Shown in pieces: positions 43,830-53,315 of a DNA stretch of 64,000 nt. The translations under genes were made by a program, and so were the position numbers. Within the stretch, counting starts at the first letter, position 1. Every line of letters starts with the position of its first letter. The stretch lies in contig DASXOZ010000011.1 of NCBI GenBank assembly GCA_036493895.1, forward strand, positions 626-64,625, read 5' to 3'. This stretch comes from Candidatus Binatia bacterium (GTDB lineage Bacteria; Desulfobacterota; Binatia; UBA1149; CAITLU01). Below the pieces are notes generated by a model that was given only the letters and a program-made list of their open reading frames with translations, made no database searches and was not told the DNA's origin.

Positions 43830-45418
43830 GCCTCGACCCGCTGCATCCGCCGAAGACCTCGGGTGCTGGCACGGCGCCGGTATCGTGGGCCGCGCAGGTC
43901 GCGGTTCCCCGCTACCTGACGCTGCGCGAAGGACACCGGCCCATCATCGTCGTCGCGCCGCACGGCGGGCGCAGGCTTCGCCCGATCCGGCGCGGTGACA
44001 GCGTCAACGATCTCTACACCGCCGAGATGGCCGCGCACCTGGCCGAGCGCCTGGGCGCGCACGCGATCATCAACGGCGGCCTCGATCGCAACGAGATCGA
44101 CCTCAACCGGATTTCCCATCTTGCCGCGAAGGCGCCCGAGGTGCTCGCGCTGCTTTTGACTGCGATCGATGCGGCGGGCGCCGGCGGCGAGGTCCCCTTG
44201 GTGCTGTTCGTGCACGGCTGGAACATGGTTCTTGCCTGCTGCGACGTCGGCGTCGGCCTTCGGCGTCGGGGCCCGCGGCTTTCCGGACGGCATCCGACGC
44301 TCTCGCGCGGCCGCTTCGAAGGAACGATCGCCGATCTCGAACACGAAATGGCTGCGCGCCAGCTGACGGCGTCGATCGGGCGGCGCTATGCGGCCAGTGG
44401 TCGCGACAACGCTGCCCAGCTCTTCAGCGGCCGTCATCACGACCATGAGGATGCGCTGGTTGCGCGCCTGGCGCGTCTTTCGCTCGGCGGCCGCGTCGAT
44501 GCGGCGCAGCTCGAGCTGGGCATTGCGCTGCGCTGGCCGGGTTGGAGGCGCGACGCCTGCATCGACGCGATAGTGGCTGCGCTCGAGCCGCGCGCCGGGT
44601 CGGGCCGCTTGCCGGTGGCTCCGGCGCGAAACTGGCTGGAGGCACCGATCGGCGAAGAAGAACCCGCGGCGCCGCTCGAGCGCGGGTTTTCGCTGCAGGC
44701 CGTGCTGCAGCGCGATGGCAGCGCAGCGCTGTTCTGCGGCGTCGAGGCGACGTCGGCCCATTCGATGGCGGCGCGCTTCTGCTTCGTGTTCGCCGACGGG
44801 ACGATGATGCTGCTCGTCGGCGAAGGGGACTGGGACGGGCGCGCGGGTCACTACTCGCTCGAAGGCGCGTCGTGGGTTTCGTCCCCGGACGCCGGTCGCA
44901 TCCGCATTTCGATTCGCGCTCCCTTCATCCGTTACCCGACGCACGACGCTTACCTCGACCTGGAAGCGGGACTGTCTCGTGCCGAGCTGGTCGACGCGCA
45001 GGTGGAGCTTTCGTACGAGGCGAGCGCGGAAAAGCACGGAAGGCTCCACGGGCATGTCGTCTTCGACGGGCGCCGCATGGACATCGGCGCCGTCGCATTC
45101 ACCGATCGCGGCGGACGTCGCGGCGGCGATGCCTCGCGGGTGCGCGTGTTCGCCGCGGCGGCAGACGAGACGATGATCGTGGCGGTCCGCGACGACACGC
45201 TCGAGATCTGCGACGCGGAAGACGGGACGGCCGTCATCCGCACGATCCCGGAGCTCGCGGCGCCGCTGCGGGAGGCCCGCATCATCGCGCGAGTGCCGGT
45301 CTGGCGTCCTCTCGGCGAAGGTCGTTTCGCGCGCTGGACCTTCGGCATCGCGCAGTGCCGCCTCGGTGCCGGCGACGAGTGGGTGGCCGGGCTCTTCGAT
45401 TCCCTCGAGATATTCTGA
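43826..45418 (+). CDS. Hypothetical protein with an N-formylglutamate amidohydrolase-like N-terminal domain and an unassigned C-terminal half
   Basis: IIVVAPHGG, RNEIDLNR and LFVHGW resemble FGase-type Zn-hydrolase motifs; GTGA overlap with the MFS stop. Confidence 0.55.
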   Translation: MSLDPLHPPKTSGAGTAPVSWAAQVAVPRYLTLREGHRPIIVVAPHGGRRLRPIRRGDSVNDLYTAEMAAHLAERLGAHAIINGGLDRNEIDLNRISHLAAKAPEVLALLLTAIDAAGAGGEVPLVLFVHGWNMVLACCDVGVGLRRRGPRLSGRHPTLSRGRFEGTIADLEHEMAARQLTASIGRRYAASGRDNAAQLFSGRHHDHEDALVARLARLSLGGRVDAAQLELGIALRWPGWRRDACIDAIVAALEPRAGSGRLPVAPARNWLEAPIGEEEPAAPLERGFSLQAVLQRDGSAALFCGVEATSAHSMAARFCFVFADGTMMLLVGEGDWDGRAGHYSLEGASWVSSPDAGRIRISIRAPFIRYPTHDAYLDLEAGLSRAELVDAQVELSYEASAEKHGRLHGHVVFDGRRMDIGAVAFTDRGGRRGGDASRVRVFAAAADETMIVAVRDDTLEICDAEDGTAVIRTIPELAAPLREARIIARVPVWRPLGEGRFARWTFGIAQCRLGAGDEWVAGLFDSLEIF

Positions 45419-45454
45419 GCTTCGTGACTCGGAAGCCACGCAAGCGAGAAGTGC

Positions 45455-47005
45455 TCAGTGCACCACCGCCCACGACCACGTTTCGGTGAGCGCTCCCTTG
45501 TCGTCGCGCAGGAACGCGCGCAGCTCGATCGGCGCGTCGGTCTTCGGCTTGATCTGGAACGCGAGGCGCCATCCGCCGGTGTCGGGATTGCGCAGCACGT
45601 GGTGGTCGAGAAGCTCGGCGACCTCGGGAGGCGGCGTCGTGATCACCGCCGTCGGCGGGGAGGCGTCGGGAATCGCGTTCAGGTCTTCGCCGGCAAAATC
45701 GATCACGAATCGTTTCGTGTCGCCCTTGGCTCCGCTGTCCTGGCGGGTCGCGATGATGCGGCCGCCCGGCGGAACGGCGGGATCGTCGGTGTAGAACGAA
45801 ACCGAATACGCGAAATCGAGCTGCTGGCCGGGCTGCACCGCGGTGTCGGGCACCCAGTACGCGACCATGTTGTCGACCAACTCGCTGTCGGACGGAATCT
45901 CGTCGAGCTCGACCCGCCCGTCCCCCCAGTCTCCGTGCGGCTGCACCCACGTGCTCGGTCTCTGTTCCGAGTGCGTCTCCAGGTCCTGGTAGTCGGCAAA
46001 GGCGCGGTCGCGCTGCAGCAGCCCGAAACCGCGCGGATTGTGCATCCGCGAGCTGCTCGCGTTGATGCGCATCGGGTTGTCCAGGGGCCTCCACAGCCAC
46101 TCGCCGTTGTCGAAGTGCAGCAGCAGGCCGTCCGAGTCGTGCACCTCGGGACGGAAGTCGTCGAAGTGGCGGCGCGAGTCCTCGCCGAAGAAGAACATGC
46201 TGGTGAGCGGCGCGATGCCGAGCTTGGCGACCGGCCGGCGCGGGAACAGGTGGGAAGTCACGTCGATGACGGTGCTGGCTCCGGGCGTGATCTCGAAGCG
46301 GTAGGAGCCGGCGATGCTCGGTCCTTCCATCAGTGCGAGGATCACGAGGCTTTTTGCGTCGGGAGCAGGTTTCTCGAGCCAGAACTCCGAGAAGTGCGGG
46401 AACTCCTCGCCGCCGGGCTCGACGGTGTTGATCGCGATGCCGCGTGCCGAAAGGCCGTAGACGTTGTCACGGCCGAGGGCGCGGAAATACGTGGCGCCGA
46501 GGAAGACGATGAGGTCGTCGAAGTAGGCCTGCGAGCGAAGCTGGCAGTGGACGCGAAATCCCGCATATCCGATGTCGGGCGGGATCTTCGCCGCGAAGTC
46601 GTTCTTGCCGTAATCGAACGAATGGATGTCGAAGGGAACGGGATGCACGCCGCCGTCGTCGATCACGTTGACCGCGACCGTCCGGTCGTAATAGAGGCCG
46701 GGATGAAACATCTGGACCTGGAACGGAAGGCCATCGGTTTTCCACAGCGCCTTGTCGGGATTGAAGCGGATGTCGCGCCACTGGTCGTACGTCATCGAGC
46801 CGACGAGCATCCACTTGGGCACCTCGTGACGGTGGTCGACGTACTCCTCTTTGGAGAGCGCCTGGGCCCTGGTCGTGACGTCGTCGAGGGAGAACGCGCG
46901 GGCCGCCGCGGGTGCCGCCAGGAGCGTCGCCGCAGCGAAAAACCAGGTCGCAGCCGCTCGGGAAGGGCAAAAGGCCCGCAGGAAGTGCAAGGTCGGTCGG
47001 GTCAT
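45455..47005 (-). CDS. opgG: Periplasmic glucan biosynthesis protein G/D family
   Basis: YDQWRDIRF, VFLGATYFRALG, YGLSARGIA, EEFPHF, RPEVHDSDGL, GFGLLQRDR, DNMVAYW, TETWSW; signal peptide. Confidence 0.92.
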   Translation of the reverse strand: MTRPTLHFLRAFCPSRAAATWFFAAATLLAAPAAARAFSLDDVTTRAQALSKEEYVDHRHEVPKWMLVGSMTYDQWRDIRFNPDKALWKTDGLPFQVQMFHPGLYYDRTVAVNVIDDGGVHPVPFDIHSFDYGKNDFAAKIPPDIGYAGFRVHCQLRSQAYFDDLIVFLGATYFRALGRDNVYGLSARGIAINTVEPGGEEFPHFSEFWLEKPAPDAKSLVILALMEGPSIAGSYRFEITPGASTVIDVTSHLFPRRPVAKLGIAPLTSMFFFGEDSRRHFDDFRPEVHDSDGLLLHFDNGEWLWRPLDNPMRINASSSRMHNPRGFGLLQRDRAFADYQDLETHSEQRPSTWVQPHGDWGDGRVELDEIPSDSELVDNMVAYWVPDTAVQPGQQLDFAYSVSFYTDDPAVPPGGRIIATRQDSGAKGDTKRFVIDFAGEDLNAIPDASPPTAVITTPPPEVAELLDHHVLRNPDTGGWRLAFQIKPKTDAPIELRAFLRDDKGALTETWSWAVVH

Positions 47006-47229
47006 GTCCTGTGCTCGTGGCTTGCCGGATTCCGTCGTGGCGGCGTTGCCGCACCCGCCATCGGCGACCCCGGGCGAAAGGCGATATTCTTAAGGAAAAA
47101 GGCGCAACGCAACTGCGGCGACTGCAGCGGGCGAAGCGACGGCAGCCACAGAGGACGGCTGCGACAGGTAGCGCCTGCCGGGATCCGGCCGCTTTCGCGC
47201 AGCGCCGCTCGGCGGTACAAGGGACGGAT

Positions 47230-48009
47230 ATGAAACTCCTTCGCGTGTTCGCGGTGCTGTTCGCGCTGCTGGCAGTGTCGAACTTCCTCAAGCCGATCCT
47301 CGAGAACGGCGAGACCGGATTCGTGTTCCTCGGCCGGCGCCTGGCCGGTCCACCGAACCTGATCGCGGCATGGACGTTCATGGCGTTCCTCGTCGCCTAC
47401 GCCGTGTCGCTGTGGCGGGAAAGGGCAGCCGCCCTTCCTCTCGGCATCGCGTACGCGTGCTATGTGACGGCCAACCTCTACCTGTTCACGATGAGGACTG
47501 CGCCGCCCACCGGAAACGCGAAAATCTTCGGCATCGTCTTCACCGTCCTCGCGCTGGCCGGATCCTGGGGCGTGGTCGCGCTGATGATCCGCGACGGCTT
47601 CGCATCGCGCGACAGCGCTCCCGGTCGCATCCTGCTGCGCGCTTTTGCGCTGCTGTTCGCGTTGATGGCGCTGTCGGATGCGATCAAGCCGTTCGCGTAC
47701 ACGGCGGACGTCGGGTTCGTGCTGTTCGGCCAGAGGCAGACCGGCATGGCCAATACCGTGGCTGCCCTCGTGTTCGCGTCGCTCCTTGCCACCTACGCGG
47801 CGAGCATCTGGCAGGAAAAGCGCCTCGCGCTCACGCTCGGCGCTGCGTACGCGGCCTACGTGATCGCGAATCTCGTGCTGTGGAATTTCCGAAAGCCGCC
47901 GGGAACCGAGCTGCCGCTTTCGTTCATCGTCCCCTATCTGTTCAGCGCCGTGGGGGTGTCCAACGGCGCAGCGCTGCTGCTGTGGCGCCACCGCGAGCGC
48001 CTGACCTGA
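47230..48009 (+). CDS. Integral membrane protein made of two internal repeats
   Basis: Halves align: FAVLFALLAVSNFLKP..GFVFLGRR vs FALLFALMALSDAIKP..GFVLFGQR; YAVSLW vs YAASIW; AYACYVTANL vs AYAAYVIANL. Confidence 0.8.
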   Translation: MKLLRVFAVLFALLAVSNFLKPILENGETGFVFLGRRLAGPPNLIAAWTFMAFLVAYAVSLWRERAAALPLGIAYACYVTANLYLFTMRTAPPTGNAKIFGIVFTVLALAGSWGVVALMIRDGFASRDSAPGRILLRAFALLFALMALSDAIKPFAYTADVGFVLFGQRQTGMANTVAALVFASLLATYAASIWQEKRLALTLGAAYAAYVIANLVLWNFRKPPGTELPLSFIVPYLFSAVGVSNGAALLLWRHRERLT

Positions 48010-48085
48010 ATCGAAATGCGGGACAGCCCCGCAGGACGCCGTGATGGCGGGACCGTAACGTGTACCTGTTGCGGACTGCGCGCGT

Positions 48086-49672
48086 TCAGGCTTTCGCCCG
48101 CTTCGGCGCGTCGTCCTCCTCGATCTCCCGCACGCTGATGCGGCCGGCAGCGTTGGTGCACACGCCGTCGCCGAGCGAGAAACGCCAGTGGTGGCCCGGG
48201 CAGACGATCTGCCCGCCTTCGACTTCGGCCTCCGAAAGATCCGAGCCTCCGTGCGGGCACCAGCGCTGCACTTCGTAGCGGCGCCCTTCGTGCTCGAGCA
48301 CGAACGTGTCGTGCGCGCGGTCGGCGGTCTCGACTTTCTGGATCGCGGCAAGGGCCCTGGAGTCGGACATTTTGAACAGCGTGAACAGGTGCTGGTTGTA
48401 GCGGTCGGGATCGCGGTGCGCCTTGAAGCGAAGCGACAGGAACGCGTCCTCCCAGCCGAGCTCCTCGCGCATCACCTGGTCGATCAGCGTCGAGGTCATT
48501 TCGAACTCGTACTGGCAAGGCTCGCCGTCCCAGGCGTAGACCAGCTCCGCTTTCGGCTCGGGGCGGAAGTCGACGACCCAGTCGCCGCCGTGCGCCCCGG
48601 TCACGCGAAACAGCACGCGGATGCCGATGTGCTCGACGAAATACGGATGACCCTTGAGAAACGGCAGGAAATGCCGGCGAAAGCGCTCGAACAGGCCCGG
48701 CGAAGCCGGCGTGATCGCGGCGAGCACGTCGGCGACGACGCGCTCTTTTTCGGCGCGGTGGCGCGCGTAGTACGCGCCGCGGTCGCGTTCGTAGTCGAAT
48801 CCTTCGTACGCGGGGTCGCGTTCCAGACGGAACTCGCCGGCGGTGCCGCGCGCGCCGATATTCAGCCGGTCGCCGGGATTCATCACCATGCCCGGGATCG
48901 TCGACTCGCCCGCAAGGCGCCCGGCCGCCACCGGCGGCGTCGGGAACATGCTGGCTTCGCCGAAGAAAAACGGAGCCAGCTCCGGATCGAAGAAGCAGGG
49001 CGGTCCCGCGAACGGAATCGCCAGTCGCGGCTGCAGGGCCTTTGCCGCGGTTACGAACGACGCGATCGCCGATTCGCGGCGCTGGGCGGCGAGAAGTCGC
49101 TTGGTCGCTTCGTCGTACGTCGTGTAGACGAGCGGATACCAGATGGCCGGCGTGGCCTGCGCGAACAGCACGTCGATTCCCTCGGCGCGGATGTCGGCCA
49201 CCGGCAGCGCGAGGTTGCAGTCGTTCAGGTTGAAGATCTTGTGGCCGTCCACCTCGATCAGTGCGCAGGAGTCGAACCAGTGCGGAGGGCAGTGGAAAGT
49301 CGGCGTCGAGATCTTGACGGTGAACCCCGGCGCGACCTCGAATGGCTCGAAGTTGTCCAGCTCGACGATGGTACGAAAGCCGAGACGCCGCAGGCGCGAG
49401 ACGAGGCGCTTCTTGTGCGCGCGTCCCGTCAGCACCGGCACGCTGCGATCGATGCGCCCGAGGAACTCGGGGTCGTAGTGGTCGGGATGCTCGTGGGAAA
49501 TGTAGAGCACGTCCGGCGACGACAGCGCTTCCAGATTGCCCTCGTACTGCGGGTACTGGAACCAGCTCGCGTTGTAGGATCCCTTGCGCGACATCCACGG
49601 GTCGCAGACCAGCAGCTTGCCGCCGTGGCGAAGAGCCAGGCCGCTGTGTCCGATGAATTCGATGCTCGTCAT
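48086..49672 (-). CDS. namH: MBL-fold plus C-terminal Rieske hydroxylase, NamH (Rv3818)/CMAH-like
   Basis: GHSG, CDPW, ASWF, LYISHEHPDHYDP, FNLND, AIWYPLVY, AGPPCFFDPEL, FLSLRFKAHR, QRWCPH...CPGHHW. The motif order matches my recollection of mycobacterial NamH; the symbol denotes homology, not proven function. Confidence 0.75.
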   Translation of the reverse strand: MTSIEFIGHSGLALRHGGKLLVCDPWMSRKGSYNASWFQYPQYEGNLEALSSPDVLYISHEHPDHYDPEFLGRIDRSVPVLTGRAHKKRLVSRLRRLGFRTIVELDNFEPFEVAPGFTVKISTPTFHCPPHWFDSCALIEVDGHKIFNLNDCNLALPVADIRAEGIDVLFAQATPAIWYPLVYTTYDEATKRLLAAQRRESAIASFVTAAKALQPRLAIPFAGPPCFFDPELAPFFFGEASMFPTPPVAAGRLAGESTIPGMVMNPGDRLNIGARGTAGEFRLERDPAYEGFDYERDRGAYYARHRAEKERVVADVLAAITPASPGLFERFRRHFLPFLKGHPYFVEHIGIRVLFRVTGAHGGDWVVDFRPEPKAELVYAWDGEPCQYEFEMTSTLIDQVMREELGWEDAFLSLRFKAHRDPDRYNQHLFTLFKMSDSRALAAIQKVETADRAHDTFVLEHEGRRYEVQRWCPHGGSDLSEAEVEGGQIVCPGHHWRFSLGDGVCTNAAGRISVREIEEDDAPKRAKA

Positions 49673-49861
49673 CCGGATCGTTTCCCCCGAAGCGCCGTCC
49701 CCGCGACGCCGCACCAGTACCTTTAATTGCTACGGCGAGCGGACGAAAATCGGCACCGGCGCGCATTCGGCGCAGTGCCGCGGCGCGTAACCCGGCATCC
49801 ATCTTCGATTTGGGCGATTTGTGGCTTTTTTCGGCGCAGCGCGGCGCGTACATATGCGCGC

Positions 49862-51481
49862 GTGCCGTCCCGGAGCGCCTCTGCGGACAGCCCCGCCTCC
49901 CGCCGCATCCTCGCCGCGGGTGCCTGCGCACTGGCGATCGCCGCCGCAGTCGCCTGGACGGCGGCGTGGCACCTGCGCTTCACGTCGCTGTGGTACCCCG
50001 ACGCCTGCGATTACGCGCAGCTCGGGCGCCGCATCCTGCGTGACGGCAGCATGACGACGGGCCAGTCCTTTCCGTATGTGCTGGCGTGGCTGCGCGCCCA
50101 CGCGCTGGCCACGACGGCACCCTGGCCCAACGTCACCCGCTTCGTTCTTCCTGCGCTCGTTCGCGCTGCGTCCTTCTCGGTGTTCGGCGTCAGCGATTTT
50201 GCCGCGGTGCTGCCCGACGCGCTGTTCCACTGCGCGACCGTCGCGTTGTGCTTCGTGCTCGGCGCCCGCCTGGCCGGTCTTGCGGCGGGGTGGTCGGCGG
50301 CGGTCCTCGTCGCCTTCAGCCCGACGATGCTCGGCTACGCACTGAGCGGCCTCAGCGAAACCGGCGCGGGATTGCTCGTGCTCGCCGCCGCAGCGGCCGT
50401 CGCTTGCGTCGTTCCCGATGATCGCGCAGCGAAGGGCGCTGCGAGGAATGCCGCCGTTGCGGGGGCGTTGATCGGCCTCTGCTTCCTGCAGCGCTCGAAT
50501 CTCGTTCTGCTCATCATCCCCGCCGTCGCGCTGATCCTCGGCGCACGCGGGCTCGGGGAGCTTCGCGCCCGAGCGCGCATCGCGGCCGTCTTGTGTGCGG
50601 CCTGCGTGGCCGTCGCCTCGCCGTGGCTGCTTCGCAACGCATGGAGTTTCGGAACGCCGACGCTTTCGCTGACGATGGATCGCAACGTCGGGTGGGCGCT
50701 GCTCGGCAAAGACGTTTTCTACGAGTTTACACTGATCGATGCGGGACAGGTGATTCGTTCCCACGCAGCGGACGTCGTCGCGCGCCTGGATCCGCGGCCT
50801 CTGGCCGGCCACTGGAGCGATTTTTTCGGCCCCGATTTCGGGCCGTTGCTCCCGGCGTTCGTCGTCGCGTCGGTTGCAGTATCGCTGCCGCCGCGCGCGC
50901 GCGTGCTGCGAACGCTGACGTGGGCGACACTGCTGCTGAGCTTCGTCGCGTTCGCCCCGCTCGTCGTGGGTAATTTCCTGGATCGTTACTACGAGCCGTT
51001 CGCGCCGCTGGTCGTCCTCCTGGTCGTCGTGCAGCTTGCGATCCTTGCGCGCCGCTTCGGGCGCGCCGGCCCGGCCGTTCTCGCGGTGGCATGCAGCCTT
51101 GCCCCGCTGTGGTGGATCAGCCACGGGTTCGCGTCGACCGTCGCGCGGCGCGACCCCGCTCTCGGCCAATGGGATCGCTGGGTTTCCGAGGCGGTGGCTC
51201 CCGATGCCGTCGTTGCATCCGACCAGTCCTGGTACGTCGCGTGGCAGGCCGACCGGCCGTCGGTGCGTTTCTATGGAGACGGCGCCCAGCTCGCCGAGCT
51301 CGAGCGCGGCTACACCCCGATTTCCGCCGTTTGGCTGACCGCGGCCGACAGCCGCCGATTCGAGCTCAGCATCGACGCTGCCGGCGGCGCCGCTCGCTGG
51401 CGGCTGGTTCGCCGCAGCGACGACGGCGGCTCGCTGTGGCTCGCGGCGCCTGCGACCCCGGTGACCCCGGCATCGCCCTGA
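49862..51481 (+). CDS. GT-C (ArnT/PMT-like) membrane glycosyltransferase
   Basis: N-terminal TM then YPDACDYAQLGRRI, many TM segments, SETGA, PWLLRN, RYYEPF and a C-terminal periplasmic domain. GTG start tentative. Confidence 0.75.
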   Translation: MPSRSASADSPASRRILAAGACALAIAAAVAWTAAWHLRFTSLWYPDACDYAQLGRRILRDGSMTTGQSFPYVLAWLRAHALATTAPWPNVTRFVLPALVRAASFSVFGVSDFAAVLPDALFHCATVALCFVLGARLAGLAAGWSAAVLVAFSPTMLGYALSGLSETGAGLLVLAAAAAVACVVPDDRAAKGAARNAAVAGALIGLCFLQRSNLVLLIIPAVALILGARGLGELRARARIAAVLCAACVAVASPWLLRNAWSFGTPTLSLTMDRNVGWALLGKDVFYEFTLIDAGQVIRSHAADVVARLDPRPLAGHWSDFFGPDFGPLLPAFVVASVAVSLPPRARVLRTLTWATLLLSFVAFAPLVVGNFLDRYYEPFAPLVVLLVVVQLAILARRFGRAGPAVLAVACSLAPLWWISHGFASTVARRDPALGQWDRWVSEAVAPDAVVASDQSWYVAWQADRPSVRFYGDGAQLAELERGYTPISAVWLTAADSRRFELSIDAAGGAARWRLVRRSDDGGSLWLAAPATPVTPASP

Positions 51482-51612
51482 ACGCCTGCAAGGCCGCGAT
51501 TTTTTGGAACCGAGCCGGCGTGCTACGAAGGCGGTCCCCGATGCGGCAGCACGCGCGCGTCGCTTTCTCGGGCGGGACGCGCGCGAGTCCCTTTGTCAGG
51601 CGGGAGCAGGAA

Positions 51613-53238
51613 TTGAGCTGGAACATCGCAGACATCCTCGTCGCGATCGCCCCCGTTCTGGGTGACGAAAGCGCGCTCATTCATGCTGGGAGCGGCAGCG
51701 GCCGTCCGCCGCGTGTCGTTTCGTGGAAAGACTTCGACCGCAGGACCAACGCACTGGCGCGGCTTCTGATCGAGCGCGGCGCCAGGCCGAACGACAAGGT
51801 CGCGATCTATTCATACAACCGGCCCGAGTGGCTGGAGTCGGTGGCCGCGTGCCTCAAGGCCCGGCTGGTTCCCGTCAACGTCAATTACCGTTACCGCGAC
51901 GAAGAGCTCCATTACCTGCTCGAGAACAGCGATGCGGTGGCGCTGCTGTTCGAGGGCACGTTCAGCGAAAACGCGGCGCGGCTCGCGCAGGCACTGCCGC
52001 TGCTTCACACGCTGGTACGCATCGACGACGGCGGGCCGCGCTGCAGCGGCGCGCTCGACTACGAGACCGTGGTCTCGGGACCTTCCGCGCCGCTGGAGCT
52101 CGAGCGCAGCGGCGACGACCTGATCCTGCTGTACACCGGTGGCACGACCGGCATGCCGAAGGGCGTGATGTGGAGGCAGGAGGATGTCTTCCGCACGCTC
52201 GGAGGCGGCGGCGATCCTCTCGGCACCAGCCCGAGGCCGGCCAACCTTGCCGAGCACGTCGCCAACGTCGCGGCCGGAATGCAAAGGCAGCGCCTTCTTC
52301 CGGCTTGCCCGCTGATGCACGGCACGGGACTGTTCACTGCGATCAACGCGCTGCTGAACGGCGGCAGCGTCGTCACCACCGACTCGCGCCGCCTCGATGC
52401 GCACGCGCTGTGGTCGGCAGTCGAGCAGCACCGCGTCGAGGCGATTTCCATCGTCGGCGACGTGTTCGCGCGCCCGATGCTGCAGGCATTGAACGAGCAC
52501 CGATACGACCTGGACAGCCTGCGCCTGATCGTGTCGTCGGGCGTCATGTGGTCGCTGGAAAACAAGAAGGCCCTGCTCGAGCACCATCCGTCGATGCTCC
52601 TGTTCGACTCGCTCGGCTCCTCGGAAGCCACCGGCCTTGGCGCCTCGGTGATGGGAATGGGGATCGAGATGCAGACGGCGTCGTTCAAGGTGGGCGACCG
52701 GGTGCGCGTCGTCACCGACGACGGGCGCGACGTGGTGCCGGGAAGCGGCGAGAGGGGGATGGTTGCACGCAGCGGCCCGATCCCCGTCGGCTACTACAAG
52801 GACGAAGAGAAGACCGCGAAGACGTTTCGCACCATCGGCGGCGTGCGCTACTCGATCCCCGGAGATTTCGCGACGGTGGAGGTCGACGGCACGTTGAGGC
52901 TTCTCGGCCGCGGCTCGGCGTGCATCAACACGGGCGGTGAGAAGGTTTTTCCCGAGGAAGTCGAGGAAGTGCTCAAGCGGCACCCTGCCGTCGAGGACGC
53001 CGCAACCATTGGTCTGCCCGACCCGCAGTGGGGCCAGGCGATTCATTCCCTCGTCGTTCTCCGGGGCGGGCAGCAGTGCGCCGAGGCGTTGCTTCGCGAG
53101 CACGTGCGGGAACACCTTGCCGCGTACAAGATTCCCAAGCGCATTTTCATCGTCGACACGCTCGGCCGGTCTCCGTCGGGAAAGATGGACTACAAGGGCG
53201 TGACCGCGCGCGCGACCGAGCTCGCCGCGCGGACCTGA
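51613..53238 (+). CDS. Acyl-CoA synthetase (FadD19-like)
   Basis: WNIADI, LYTGGTTGMPKGVMW, PACPLMHGTG, DSLGSSE, YSIPGD, INTGGEKVFPEEVE, SGKMDY. TTG start with GGAG/AGGA upstream. Confidence 0.9.
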   Translation: MSWNIADILVAIAPVLGDESALIHAGSGSGRPPRVVSWKDFDRRTNALARLLIERGARPNDKVAIYSYNRPEWLESVAACLKARLVPVNVNYRYRDEELHYLLENSDAVALLFEGTFSENAARLAQALPLLHTLVRIDDGGPRCSGALDYETVVSGPSAPLELERSGDDLILLYTGGTTGMPKGVMWRQEDVFRTLGGGGDPLGTSPRPANLAEHVANVAAGMQRQRLLPACPLMHGTGLFTAINALLNGGSVVTTDSRRLDAHALWSAVEQHRVEAISIVGDVFARPMLQALNEHRYDLDSLRLIVSSGVMWSLENKKALLEHHPSMLLFDSLGSSEATGLGASVMGMGIEMQTASFKVGDRVRVVTDDGRDVVPGSGERGMVARSGPIPVGYYKDEEKTAKTFRTIGGVRYSIPGDFATVEVDGTLRLLGRGSACINTGGEKVFPEEVEEVLKRHPAVEDAATIGLPDPQWGQAIHSLVVLRGGQQCAEALLREHVREHLAAYKIPKRIFIVDTLGRSPSGKMDYKGVTARATELAART

Positions 53239-53315
53239 CCGCCCTGGAGGGGCTCATTCGCCGCACTTCTGCCGAACCCTGCGCGCCTGCTGCGGCGGCG
53301 CGCCCGCTGCGCGCG

